Shown: positions 36,563-46,797 of the stretch, one piece after another
Layout: every line of letters begins with the position of its first letter
How positions within the stretch are numbered: the stretch's first letter is position 1
Source of the DNA: Bacteroidia bacterium
Lineage (GTDB): Bacteria; Bacteroidota; Bacteroidia; B-17B0; Aurantibacillaceae
DNA length: 46,950 nucleotides
Reading direction: 5' to 3'
Assembly: GCA_035484495.1 (NCBI GenBank)
Contig: DATHOW010000187.1
Location: forward strand, 1-46,950
Position numbers and translations under genes: made by a program
The notes under the pieces: generated by a model
Databases searched by the model: none
Seen by the model: only the letters and a program-made list of their open reading frames with translations
What the model was told of the DNA's origin: nothing

Positions 36563-39500
36563 TTAACGCATAATAACCATTTTGCCAATGCCCTTTTTAA
36601 AATACTCGTCGGCAGACGTGCTCATGTGTTCCATGTTGCTACCATTAAGACGGGTAACTATGTGGTAAAAATAAACGCCGTTGGCAAGCTTGCTGCCATA
36701 CTGATCGTTGCCATCCCAGGCATACTCGGTAATATTACGACCAATGTGTATATAGCCTAATTCTTCGCGCGTAATTTCTTTTACCACTTTGCCGGTAATG
36801 GTCATTATTTGTATTTTAAAAGTTTGCGGCACTTCGTTACCTGTAATAGTAAATACAAATTTGGTTGAGGTGCTAAATGGATTTGGGTAGTTAAGTACTT
36901 CAGTAATCATTGGTTTGTTTACAACCTCGTATTGTATTTTATAATCAAACTGTCCGCTTACATTATGACTACGGTCGGTGGCTTTAACATCAAGTGTATA
37001 TAAGCCATCTTGGGCAAGGGTAGGTTTATAATTTATTTTGCAGGAGTTGTTTGGAAGTACGGCGGGTGTAAATTGCAATTGTGGGTTATTAAAATAAATG
37101 CGCTGCTGTGCCGATGAGTTAGCGGGTGTAGTGTATACAGCAAAATTACCGGTATCGTTTAGGGCTAAAAATTTATTTTCATCCTTAAGTGAAATTAAAA
37201 CATCGGGCTTAGATGAAACAATATCGCCATTAAGTATATGTGTGCCATCAAAAGTTACATCTAATATAGGGTTGGTTTTATCTCGGTTTACATTAAAAGC
37301 AATTTGTGCGGTATTGTTAAAGTGATATTCTTCTAACTGATGTTTTTTGTTATTTAAAGGGTTTACATCTATCCATAAAATATTGTTGCCGGAATAACCT
37401 ATGGTGCTTACACTAAGGGTGTCATATAAAACAGAATCGGGTAAAAAAGGTTTGCGTTTTAATTTGTAAGGCAATTGGTGCATGCTACGGTTTGCATCTT
37501 CTATCGAGTAGCTGATTAAAAGACTATCGGTAAACGCAAAGTCACTTATGTTTTTAATTGGGATGCGCGCCTGAAAAGTTTCGCCCTCGCTCAAAGAATT
37601 TTTTACTACCGAGAAACCACCCGATGGAAATAAAGCAGCTTCGGGCACAGGGTCAAAAATTACCTGCCAGCGTTTTAGCTGAGGTGGGGTGTGAACAGCA
37701 AGGTCTGCCTCGTAGGCTATTAGTTGCAAGTACGGATATTTTTTACCGCTTATATGATAAGTGGTGCTAAGGTTTAAAACATCTTGAGAGGTGTCGGTAA
37801 AGTTTGCCAGTACGGTTTTTACACCATTACTATCTATACCAATTACCTGTACCACTATGCTATCTGCACTTGGCGATTCTAAACTTTTATAACGCCAGTG
37901 TAACGATTTCCAAGCGGTATCGGTATGTTGGGCAGGCCCAATAATTTCGGAGGCTATGTAGCCGTTTTTAAAGTGCTGGTTAAGTGTATCAATTAAGGTT
38001 ATTAATTGATACTCAGTTGTAGATAAAACCTCGTGGGCTATATATTGCTGAGATGGAAGAGTGCCACGTTTTCTCCCAAAAATAATCATCGAAGTAGTAT
38101 CGCTTATATTAGTTATTTGCTGCGATCCTATAGACTGAAAAGCATTTATTAATCTTTGGGCTTGTGGGGTACCATCATTAAGTGAAAACCATTTATACCA
38201 AGGATCGTAATTTGCTTTTGTAGTATAAGCTATAACAGGTGTACCGGGTTTTAAAGTATCTAACAAATCAGCTATTTTTATTCTCCAGTCGTCAGCTGCT
38301 GCCGTATCAGAAGGGAACAATGGCGAGCATACATTTTCTGTGCCAAAATCGTAAGTATAACGAGTTACATTATAATTATAATCGCACATACAATTTCTAT
38401 GGCTTCCCAACCACCAACCAGGCCCACTTGCTATAGAATCACTTGGAACTAGATTACCCGAAATAGGATTAAAAATCCCAATGTTCCAGCCATCTAAGCC
38501 ACAAGTAAGTAACCGTACTTGTAAGTTATTTACAAAAAATTGAATATCGGTAGATTGATGAGAACCCGGCGGAACAGGAGGATTATTGCTTGGAAAAATA
38601 CAAGTATTAACCTGTATAGTATTTATGTTATTTGCAAAATCAAAACTCCAATGGGCAGAATCCCATTTTACATACTGGTAGCCATCGTGTTTAAATTGGT
38701 AAAAGTGTGCTTGTTCCCAACCATATTTATTTTTTATTACCTGAAACGAACTTCCTTTCCAGTTAGGCACTGTGCTATCTTTAGCAACTCGCCAATAATA
38801 AACCATACTATCAACACCCAGTAGGCTTACATTTGGTAGAGAAACCACACCACCCGTTGCATTAACGGTTGTGTTTATAAAAGTACTGGTAAAAAACGCA
38901 CTAGTATCTACTTGAAAACGATAGCTGTGTGTAGGAGCAAGTGGGTCGGCTGTTGATGCTTTTAAGGTTATTATGTTTATGTTTGGTACTATAGCATATT
39001 TGTAGGGCCAAACAGGCTCTATATCGGCACCCTGAATAAACAAAGGAATATTGCCCGCTGTATAATTATTAACATAATTATTATTGTTTTCAGGAATTTG
39101 ATGACCAAAGTTTATGTAAACCGAAAAATTATTTATGCCCACCGCTTTAGTATAGTTTTCATATATAAAAAAGCTAAGTGTATCTTTATACAAAGGGGCT
39201 TTAACGGTTTTATATACAGTAGTTGTATCGCCATTAGGAAACACACGCTGAACACGTACGCTATAATATGCATGAATGGCTTTACCTGTGTTAGTCATTA
39301 CAACTTTTATTCCTATAGAGTCAGCGGGGTATGTTTTGGTATCAAAAATTACATCAGCATTTGTAAGGCTATAATCCGGTTCGGGTACAGTATTTGCTCT
39401 TATTGCCGGATCGCCATGCAGGGTCATTTCTTGGCAAGTTTCCATAAGCAAAGAATCTCTGAAAGATACGGTGTTTGGAACCATTAATTTTTTAATACCG

Positions 39501-41806
39501 TTTTTAATACAGTATCCATAAGACTGACCGTAATTTTCATAACTAAACTGTTTGTAAAACTCTTGTGAATAATAAAACAATTCGGCTGCTACTCCCTCTG
39601 ATGTGGTGGCTATAAAACCTATAGACCCTTTGTTGTTAGGTGCAAGTACCCATTGTTCGCTACTGGTTACTTGGTTTATACTAAAAATATCGCCGGTAAG
39701 GCATGAGTTTGCTAAAATGAAAGGAATTTTTGGTGGATTGTTATAGGCGCTTGGGGCATCAATGTTTTGATCGAAACCCGTAGGAGAACCGTGCCCAAAA
39801 AAAGTCATTAGTGAAACTCCTTGGTTAATTAATTGGGTAACAGAGTCGTTGGTGTTTATACTAATAGGTGCTGTTGATGTTTTGTAAAAAGAATAAACGG
39901 CGCCTCCAACAAGAGTATCTTGGTAGATTTGCTTCAAACTATTCATGTACCCATTAAAAGAAAGTTGGTCACTAGGAGTAATTCCACCAATAAAGTGTAT
40001 GGCACGTTTGCGCCATAAAGAGTCGGCGGGTTGACTTTCATAAAGTTGAACCTTGTCTAAATAATTAAACACATCCTGATCGGTTTGCGCGGCAAGCCTA
40101 CCGGTTGGTATAGCGGGCTCCGGATAAAAAGTTGATCCGGGTAAGCCCACGGTTAACATATTGTCTGAAGAAGGATTTCCAAAAGATGGTACCAAACAAG
40201 AACCAAATGCAAGTGATGTTGTAGGTTGATTTTGGTAAACAGCTTCCCAAGCATGTACCCCTTTGCCAAGTAAGAATAAATTAGCGGGAGGCGAAATGTT
40301 GTTTGTACTTGCATTGTTAATTAAATAGGCGCAAAAGTTTTTAATGGCCATAGGGTTAATTTCTACGCCATAAGCAAATTGGTCGTAAAGATCAGTTGAA
40401 TTAGCTAAAACAACATTATGGTGCCCGCCCGCCCCACTTCTGTATGCTTTATAAGCTGTTGCGCTAGCATTTAATTTTGGATGAGATATAATTATATAAG
40501 CCGAATCGAGATTGGGCTGAGAAAGATAATTTACAAAAACTCCGTTACCATTTACAGGTTTAATGTTTAATGGATTATGCACACTTGCCCATGATGATAA
40601 AAAACAAAACTTAACACCACCTGTATTAGGCACCAGTACTTTTGGGGTAGTTGCTGATAAAAAAGAAATCATGCGGTTAGTAGTATCTATTAAAATACCC
40701 TGTGTACTACCGCTGTTAAAGTTTGTAATATTTAAATTAGACTTACTTTGACCTGAGACATCATCTGGAATAAACATTTTTTCTTGGGTTTGCCCTAATA
40801 AATTAAATGTTTGTGGATATACAACCCTAATGTAATTTACATTAATAATGTTATCAATAGTTGGAGCGCCATTAACGGAAGCTGCGGGGTTTATTAAAGA
40901 GGTTACATCTATGTTTGTATTACCTGTTGTACTAAATAAACCTTGATTTAAATTGTAAGTAATTCTTCTAGAACTATACGCGTCGGTTGAATAAGTGCCT
41001 AATACTTGTGGTGTGGTACTTCCTTGATAATCTATTTGTATAATATGATCGGGGCTAGCACCAGAAATATCGTTACCGCCTGAAAAACAAATTGTAACAT
41101 AGGGTGCTGTTGGGCTTGCGCTATAAGATGAAGAGGTAGTAAAAGGAAATGAAAACACATTTGGATAACCAGCACTATTGTTTGTTTGACCAAGATAAGA
41201 TTGACTTACAAAACCTTCGCCGGTTAAATAGCGTGGGTTGTCTTTATTTATAATATTAAGCGGACCAAAAGTATAATCAGTTTGTGGAGAAAAAATATCG
41301 CGTATATAATAAGGTGCCGGTATAGGATAACTACTGTAACTAGTATCGGTGTTTAAAACCAAACGTTTGTTAGTAGTAGATGAGTTCCAGGTAAGAAACA
41401 CAGCCGAAGTATCATTAATTACGCTATAATATGGATTGGTTAAGTAAGGAGCGTTTGGAAATATAGAATATAAAAGAGAATCGTCTTTTCCTGTGTTTTT
41501 TTCGGCATAAAATAAAATGTAGTCGGCGGTATTAAGTACATTATCTGCTTCGCCGGCTATATAGGTATAAAGTTCTTTCCCTTTTTGAAAAAGCTGTATG
41601 TTTTTTGGATTTATAGTGCCTATAGGCACTCCTGCATTGGCCAAAGAAGTTGAATCTAATTTGTATAAACTATCTCCCGAAATTTTTATTTTATAATATT
41701 TTTGACCCGAAACAATCCACTCATTACCAAAAAGAGTTGTTTGCGAAAACCCATAAAATGTTAGTAGTATAAATAAAACCGTGTATGTTATACGCGCACG
41801 TAGCAT
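36563..41806 (-). CDS. PorU-like C25 family cysteine peptidase (PorU2-type putative T9SS sortase)
   Basis: Signal peptide, YYKIKI N-domain, LYDQFAYG, LFLLGKG, TGRL, FFGHG (His), LANSC (Cys), LHGDPA, C-terminal NYPNPFS...WDGND..G.KLANGVYFY. Confidence 0.85.
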   Translation of the reverse strand: MLRARITYTVLFILLTFYGFSQTTLFGNEWIVSGQKYYKIKISGDSLYKLDSTSLANAGVPIGTINPKNIQLFQKGKELYTYIAGEADNVLNTADYILFYAEKNTGKDDSLLYSIFPNAPYLTNPYYSVINDTSAVFLTWNSSTTNKRLVLNTDTSYSSYPIPAPYYIRDIFSPQTDYTFGPLNIINKDNPRYLTGEGFVSQSYLGQTNNSAGYPNVFSFPFTTSSSYSASPTAPYVTICFSGGNDISGASPDHIIQIDYQGSTTPQVLGTYSTDAYSSRRITYNLNQGLFSTTGNTNIDVTSLINPAASVNGAPTIDNIINVNYIRVVYPQTFNLLGQTQEKMFIPDDVSGQSKSNLNITNFNSGSTQGILIDTTNRMISFLSATTPKVLVPNTGGVKFCFLSSWASVHNPLNIKPVNGNGVFVNYLSQPNLDSAYIIISHPKLNASATAYKAYRSGAGGHHNVVLANSTDLYDQFAYGVEINPMAIKNFCAYLINNASTNNISPPANLFLLGKGVHAWEAVYQNQPTTSLAFGSCLVPSFGNPSSDNMLTVGLPGSTFYPEPAIPTGRLAAQTDQDVFNYLDKVQLYESQPADSLWRKRAIHFIGGITPSDQLSFNGYMNSLKQIYQDTLVGGAVYSFYKTSTAPISINTNDSVTQLINQGVSLMTFFGHGSPTGFDQNIDAPSAYNNPPKIPFILANSCLTGDIFSINQVTSSEQWVLAPNNKGSIGFIATTSEGVAAELFYYSQEFYKQFSYENYGQSYGYCIKNGIKKLMVPNTVSFRDSLLMETCQEMTLHGDPAIRANTVPEPDYSLTNADVIFDTKTYPADSIGIKVVMTNTGKAIHAYYSVRVQRVFPNGDTTTVYKTVKAPLYKDTLSFFIYENYTKAVGINNFSVYINFGHQIPENNNNYVNNYTAGNIPLFIQGADIEPVWPYKYAIVPNINIITLKASTADPLAPTHSYRFQVDTSAFFTSTFINTTVNATGGVVSLPNVSLLGVDSMVYYWRVAKDSTVPNWKGSSFQVIKNKYGWEQAHFYQFKHDGYQYVKWDSAHWSFDFANNINTIQVNTCIFPSNNPPVPPGSHQSTDIQFFVNNLQVRLLTCGLDGWNIGIFNPISGNLVPSDSIASGPGWWLGSHRNCMCDYNYNVTRYTYDFGTENVCSPLFPSDTAAADDWRIKIADLLDTLKPGTPVIAYTTKANYDPWYKWFSLNDGTPQAQRLINAFQSIGSQQITNISDTTSMIIFGRKRGTLPSQQYIAHEVLSTTEYQLITLIDTLNQHFKNGYIASEIIGPAQHTDTAWKSLHWRYKSLESPSADSIVVQVIGIDSNGVKTVLANFTDTSQDVLNLSTTYHISGKKYPYLQLIAYEADLAVHTPPQLKRWQVIFDPVPEAALFPSGGFSVVKNSLSEGETFQARIPIKNISDFAFTDSLLISYSIEDANRSMHQLPYKLKRKPFLPDSVLYDTLSVSTIGYSGNNILWIDVNPLNNKKHQLEEYHFNNTAQIAFNVNRDKTNPILDVTFDGTHILNGDIVSSKPDVLISLKDENKFLALNDTGNFAVYTTPANSSAQQRIYFNNPQLQFTPAVLPNNSCKINYKPTLAQDGLYTLDVKATDRSHNVSGQFDYKIQYEVVNKPMITEVLNYPNPFSTSTKFVFTITGNEVPQTFKIQIMTITGKVVKEITREELGYIHIGRNITEYAWDGNDQYGSKLANGVYFYHIVTRLNGSNMEHMSTSADEYFKKGIGKMVIMR

Positions 41807-41815
41807 TTAATAAAT

Positions 41816-42922
41816 TTAAGCTTTTGGTTTAGGAAGATGTAAATTATCGATGTCAATTTTTAAAGAGAAAATGTTACTGTATAAACCAATGCCGTTGTTT
41901 CCGCCACCAAAATAGGTTAGCGCATAATCTAACTGAAAAATTTTATATCTAAGTCCAACACCTACACTTGGTGAAACCACCGTTATTGATTTGCCAGATA
42001 CATCAGTCATTTTTTGTACGTTGTTTAAGCCACCACGTAAATAAATAATGCCTAGGTAACCAACCTCTAAGCCCATAACGGGGTCGGTGCTAAAGGCTCT
42101 TGTTGCAATTACCACGTTACGTTTACCATCAAAAGTGGTTATTAAATTTATTTCGGGAGTGATAGTTAATTTATTTTGTAATAAACTAAAAGTGCGAGAT
42201 GCCCCCAATATCAACCTCGGCAGGGTTACCTCTAATGAGTTTGATGGGATAGTGTTGTTTGTAATTGCAAAAATTTGTTTTTGTGCATCGGTTAAGGTGT
42301 AGGTGTAAGCGTTAAATGTACCTGTAATATCGCGCGCCACAGCAGCAAAATGCCATTTTTTATACGAGTATGATGCACCAACATCAAACCCAAAGCCCCA
42401 CGAGCCACCAAAAGGGCCTAGTTTATTGCGAACAATTTTTGCTGTAGCGCCCACATTAAGCCCCTTTAGTTTAGGGATTTTACGTGCGTAAGAAAATAAA
42501 GCCGCAAAGTTGGTTACCGAAAACTTACTTATTAGGTTATAATTTACATTGTTATTATTATCTACTAAATTTAAGGTGTTGGGAATATTATCAGTACCAA
42601 AACGTATAATGCTTACCGAGGCAACACTATTACTATCTATACGGGTTGAAAGGGCGCCGTAATCGTACTTTGAAATACCGGCATAGTATTCGGCATGCAT
42701 TAAAGCTAGTTGAAACTTGGGCTTAATTTTTAGCAAATTTGCTGGATTAAAGTACCCTGCCGACACATCGTTTGTGGTTACAATGCTTGCACCCCCCATA
42801 GCCAAAGACCTGGCGCTTACGCCAATAGCTAAAAACTCGTTACTGTATTTGGCAACCTGTGCAAATGCAACACTGCTACAAACCAATAGACCAACTAAAA
42901 GATTTTTTTTGAAAGAAAACAT
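41816..42922 (-). CDS. PorV-like (FadL superfamily) outer-membrane protein (PorV2-type)
   Basis: KYSNEFLAIGVSARSLAMGGA...DVSAGYFNPANL N-terminal signature; beta-strand pattern; 9 nt upstream of the PorU-like gene. Confidence 0.85.
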   Translation of the reverse strand: MFSFKKNLLVGLLVCSSVAFAQVAKYSNEFLAIGVSARSLAMGGASIVTTNDVSAGYFNPANLLKIKPKFQLALMHAEYYAGISKYDYGALSTRIDSNSVASVSIIRFGTDNIPNTLNLVDNNNNVNYNLISKFSVTNFAALFSYARKIPKLKGLNVGATAKIVRNKLGPFGGSWGFGFDVGASYSYKKWHFAAVARDITGTFNAYTYTLTDAQKQIFAITNNTIPSNSLEVTLPRLILGASRTFSLLQNKLTITPEINLITTFDGKRNVVIATRAFSTDPVMGLEVGYLGIIYLRGGLNNVQKMTDVSGKSITVVSPSVGVGLRYKIFQLDYALTYFGGGNNGIGLYSNIFSLKIDIDNLHLPKPKA

Positions 42923-42975
42923 TCGGGTAAATTTAATAAATTTTAACTAACAACGCACAAATTGGGTTTTTAGTA

Positions 42976-44349
42976 TCAAATTCGGTTTTTCTTGTAAAGA
43001 TGGATGTAAATAGTGCCTTTTTCAAAACTCTTTACAAGCGTATAGTTTTTTTCTAAATAGATCTTACGTTGTAGACTATAGTTATTGCAAATGTTACTGT
43101 CGGCAATGTATAGGTTGCTGTTCATTTCGGTATCGCTTAGTAAGTCGTACTCTTTAGTCGAATCGTTCATTAAATAATAAGCATCATTAAAATAAACCTG
43201 AAAACCTGCTGCTACATCTTTTAAGGCAATATTGTTTTCTGTCACATAATTATCGAACTCTTTTCGGACATCAAAATAATCAAGACTTTGCAAGGTGCAA
43301 TCCCAAGCGTTGCCATATTTATTTGGTTTTATAAGCCGACTACTTTGCACTAAAAACAACACAAAAACCACCGATAAAATCGCCATTTTTTTTGTACTGT
43401 AGGTGGAAATAGAAAAAACAAATGCAGGAATTGCCAACACATATAACAGTAAAAAATAACGGTTATTTATAGGGTTTGATATGGGCACCGAAAAAAGTAA
43501 AATGCTGCTAGCTGCTAACAACACAAAAACAATAGGCTCATCAATTTTTTTGTGATTAATACAAAACAAGCCCATAAACACAAGGGCAATTATATTAGCA
43601 AAATCAGTAAGTTTAACTAAGCACCAAAACAAGTTTTTTACCATGCCGGTAAACCCTAATAAGCTTCTATACTCTATGGTTGCTGGGTTTTCAAAAAACC
43701 AACCACTTATATTACGATGAACAAATAACCAAACAATTGAAACTAAAACAGAAAAAAATAAGTACCAGGCGCTTTTTTGTTTTTTAATAAACGTAAAATA
43801 AAGCCACACTAAAATTACAAAGGGCAGAGCTCTAAAATTAAGCAAACACAATAGGGTAGATGATAATGCTATACGCGATGCTCGCTCGTCTTTAATGGCA
43901 TTTAGCATATACAAACCCAGAAAAACAAAACAAATTTCGCTGCTAAAATAAATGCTTTGCGCTTCAATAGCTGGGTGTATAAGTGTTAGCATTAAAACAA
44001 ACAATGTTTTTTCGGGAGATAAATATCGCCTGCAAAAAAGTTGTAGTTGATATAAAAACCCAATTACAAAAGGGATGACAGATATGTGTGCCACCCATAA
44101 TTTAAACCCAAAAAACTTAAACAATAAAGCTAAATATACGGTGTAAATAGGAAAATAGCCATTGTCAATAAACCCATTTGTGTTAGGAAATAAATCTGTA
44201 AAACTTGTATCTAAAAAATAATGAGCTGTTTTTACTTGTATATACATATCCCAAAAAACGGGAGTGTTGCAATAACACAAAACAATAATAGTATATATAG
44301 CACTTACTAAATACCAAGCCCTTTTTTGAATAAATTTATACAGAAGCAT
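42976..44349 (-). CDS. Polytopic membrane protein, GT-C (ArnT/PMT-like) glycosyltransferase candidate
   Basis: About 10-11 hydrophobic segments, FWD motif in the first loop, NNRYFL near the last helices, soluble C-terminal tail; start set at ATG 44349, 6 nt after TAACTTTG (44356-44363, minus strand). Confidence 0.65.
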   Translation of the reverse strand: MLLYKFIQKRAWYLVSAIYTIIVLCYCNTPVFWDMYIQVKTAHYFLDTSFTDLFPNTNGFIDNGYFPIYTVYLALLFKFFGFKLWVAHISVIPFVIGFLYQLQLFCRRYLSPEKTLFVLMLTLIHPAIEAQSIYFSSEICFVFLGLYMLNAIKDERASRIALSSTLLCLLNFRALPFVILVWLYFTFIKKQKSAWYLFFSVLVSIVWLFVHRNISGWFFENPATIEYRSLLGFTGMVKNLFWCLVKLTDFANIIALVFMGLFCINHKKIDEPIVFVLLAASSILLFSVPISNPINNRYFLLLYVLAIPAFVFSISTYSTKKMAILSVVFVLFLVQSSRLIKPNKYGNAWDCTLQSLDYFDVRKEFDNYVTENNIALKDVAAGFQVYFNDAYYLMNDSTKEYDLLSDTEMNSNLYIADSNICNNYSLQRKIYLEKNYTLVKSFEKGTIYIHLYKKNRI

Positions 44350-44466
44350 TCTGCCCAAAGTTACAGTACTATTAGTAAAAACACACATAAAACTTTTTCT
44401 TCTTTCCACAAACCAATAAGAAATGAAAAGCACTTATTGAAAAAATGGTGTTAAATTTGGCACACG

Positions 44467-45804
44467 ATGTTTAAATTATTTTCGGGAATACAAAAAGTCG
44501 TAAATTTTATTGGCGACAAAATGTGGCGTATACGCCTTAACAAGCTCGACAGAAAACAGGGCATTTTAATAAAGCAGTTACGTATAATCACTTTAGCTGT
44601 TAAAGGGTTTAATGAAAAAAAATGTTTGGTAAAGGCATCGGCACTTACGTACTATATGCTGTTTTCTATTGTTCCGTTTTTGGCTTTGCTATTTGCTATT
44701 TCTAAAGGGTTTAATTTGCAGCAAAAATTAGAAGCTTATTTGTTACATGATTTTTCGCAACATGCAGATATACTTACACAAGCGTTTCAGTATGCTGATA
44801 AAATGCTGCAAACCACGCAAGGCAGTTTAATTGCCGGGGTGGGCATTATACTTTTAATATATACGGTGTTGAGTTTGTTAAGTAGTATAGAAAACTCGTT
44901 TAACGAAATATGGGAAATTAAAAAAGGAAGAACGTTTGTTAGACGCATAACTGATTACATTGCCATTATGTTGTTTGCGCCCATTTTTCTTTTTGCCTCA
45001 AGCGGAGTAAGTATTTTTTTAAACACCGAATTTACAAACATAGAGAGTTTGGCCTGGCTCAGTCATCTTGGGTTTTTGTTTAAGGTTGTTTTAAAAATCA
45101 CGTCTCTTTTATTGCTGTCGGGGATGTTTACATTTATATACATAGTGCTGCCCAACACACGCGTAAAATTTAAATCTGCTATGTGGGCGGGCATTGTAGC
45201 TGCTATTGCATTTGATTTATTACAGTGGGCATATATTAAATTTCAAATTGGTGCAGTAAAGTACGATGCTGTTTACGGAAGTTTTGCGGCACTGCCTTTG
45301 TTTTTAATATGGATACAATATAGTTGGTTTATTGTTTTGTTTGGCGCTGAATTATCGTTCGCAAATCAAAACGTAGACCATTACGAATTAGAAACAGAGA
45401 TAGAAAACATTAGCACCCGTTGTAGAAGAGTTATTTCTTTATTGATTGCCAATTTGGTGGTGAAAAATTTTATAGCCGGAAACCCTCCGCTTACCTCTAC
45501 GCAAGTAGCTGAAAAGCTTGATATGCCGGTGCGTTTAGCCCGATTGATTATTTTTGATTTTACTGAAACCAAAATTTTTGTTGAAGTAAAAACGGATAAA
45601 GAAAAAGAAGTAGCTTACCAACCCGGTATTTCAGAAAACAATTTAACGGTAAAATATATTTTAGATAAATTAGACACCAAAGGCGTAAACGAATTACCCA
45701 TACATTCTGCTACTGAGTTAGAAAACATACATAAAGTAATGAATGAATTTGACCAAGTGATAAAAGATAACAAAGGGACTATTTTAGTAAAAGACATTTT
45801 ATAA
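44467..45804 (+). CDS. YihY/BrkB family membrane protein with C-terminal HTH-like extension
   Basis: ASALTYYMLFSIVP, IENSFNEIW, YDAVYGSFAALPLFLIW, LFGAE; -7 box TAAATTTG at 44452-44459. Confidence 0.92.
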   Translation: MFKLFSGIQKVVNFIGDKMWRIRLNKLDRKQGILIKQLRIITLAVKGFNEKKCLVKASALTYYMLFSIVPFLALLFAISKGFNLQQKLEAYLLHDFSQHADILTQAFQYADKMLQTTQGSLIAGVGIILLIYTVLSLLSSIENSFNEIWEIKKGRTFVRRITDYIAIMLFAPIFLFASSGVSIFLNTEFTNIESLAWLSHLGFLFKVVLKITSLLLLSGMFTFIYIVLPNTRVKFKSAMWAGIVAAIAFDLLQWAYIKFQIGAVKYDAVYGSFAALPLFLIWIQYSWFIVLFGAELSFANQNVDHYELETEIENISTRCRRVISLLIANLVVKNFIAGNPPLTSTQVAEKLDMPVRLARLIIFDFTETKIFVEVKTDKEKEVAYQPGISENNLTVKYILDKLDTKGVNELPIHSATELENIHKVMNEFDQVIKDNKGTILVKDIL

Positions 45805-45821
45805 CGTAACCACCAAACAAT

Positions 45822-46232
45822 ATGAAAAAAGCAATTATTATTTTAGTGTGTATTTTATCTTTCAAATTGATAAACGCGCAGGCTACACAATACAATGGTA
45901 GCTGGGCACTTTGTAAAGTAGTTACTGCTGCCGGCGACACGCAAGTGGTTTCGACTATCGATGTACGTTATGTAACCTATAATTTTACCTACAACAACAC
46001 CTTTACTTCTTTTCGTAAAGAGCAAAATGAAGAGGTTAGTGGTGTGTGGAGCTTTGATTTTAAAACCAAAGCAATAAGAATTAGGAATTCTCTTTTTATG
46101 AAAACCCGAACTAAACTAGAGAACTACGATATTGCAATAAACAAAACAACTCCTAACTATTTTGTAGAGATTAAAACAGAGAACGAAAAGAAAAAATTAT
46201 TCACTTATTATATTTACTGTAAAGTAAAATAA
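45822..46232 (+). CDS. Hypothetical exported protein, lipocalin-like pattern
   Basis: Signal peptide ending INAQ; GSW near the N-terminus, G.W in the middle, two Cys at the ends. Confidence 0.7.
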   Translation: MKKAIIILVCILSFKLINAQATQYNGSWALCKVVTAAGDTQVVSTIDVRYVTYNFTYNNTFTSFRKEQNEEVSGVWSFDFKTKAIRIRNSLFMKTRTKLENYDIAINKTTPNYFVEIKTENEKKKLFTYYIYCKVK

Positions 46233-46235
46233 ACC

Positions 46236-46793
46236 CTACAAAATAATAATATCGTGGCGGTATAAAAGTGCGTGTAAGTCTTGCGACAGGAACTTTGCTT
46301 TTTTAATATTGTTTAATTCAGGGTCTACCAAAAAGTTTTTTGAGGTGGTAAAATCCATGCCCGATAGGTTGGTGTTAGCAAACAAAGCTTCATACAAATC
46401 GCAATTTATAAGGGCAGACTTAGATAAATCAGCCTGTGTAAAATTTACACCATGCATTTTGCAGTTTTTAAATATGCTTTTGTTCATACGCTTTCTATCA
46501 AACGAAGCATAATCCATTAAGCAGCCATCAAACAAAACACAAAAACCAAAATCTTTAGTTTGAGAAAAATTTGCACCCAATAATTTACAATCGCTAAAAG
46601 TAACATCCTGCAATTTGCAGCTTTTAAAATCGGCGTTGCTTAAGTTGCAATTTTTAAAAATGCAATCAACAAACTCTAAATTTTTTAAACTGATAAAAAC
46701 ACAATTAGTAAACTCACAGTTTTCAAATTCTTCTTTATCTGTTTTTTCAACAGAAAAATTAATGTTTTTTATAAGCTCTTTGTTTTGTTTCAT
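46236..46793 (-). CDS. Pentapeptide repeat protein
   Basis: Regular five-residue repeats (CNLSN ADFKS CKLQD VTFSD CKLLG ANFSQ). Confidence 0.9.
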   Translation of the reverse strand: MKQNKELIKNINFSVEKTDKEEFENCEFTNCVFISLKNLEFVDCIFKNCNLSNADFKSCKLQDVTFSDCKLLGANFSQTKDFGFCVLFDGCLMDYASFDRKRMNKSIFKNCKMHGVNFTQADLSKSALINCDLYEALFANTNLSGMDFTTSKNFLVDPELNNIKKAKFLSQDLHALLYRHDIIIL

Positions 46794-46797
46794 TTGC

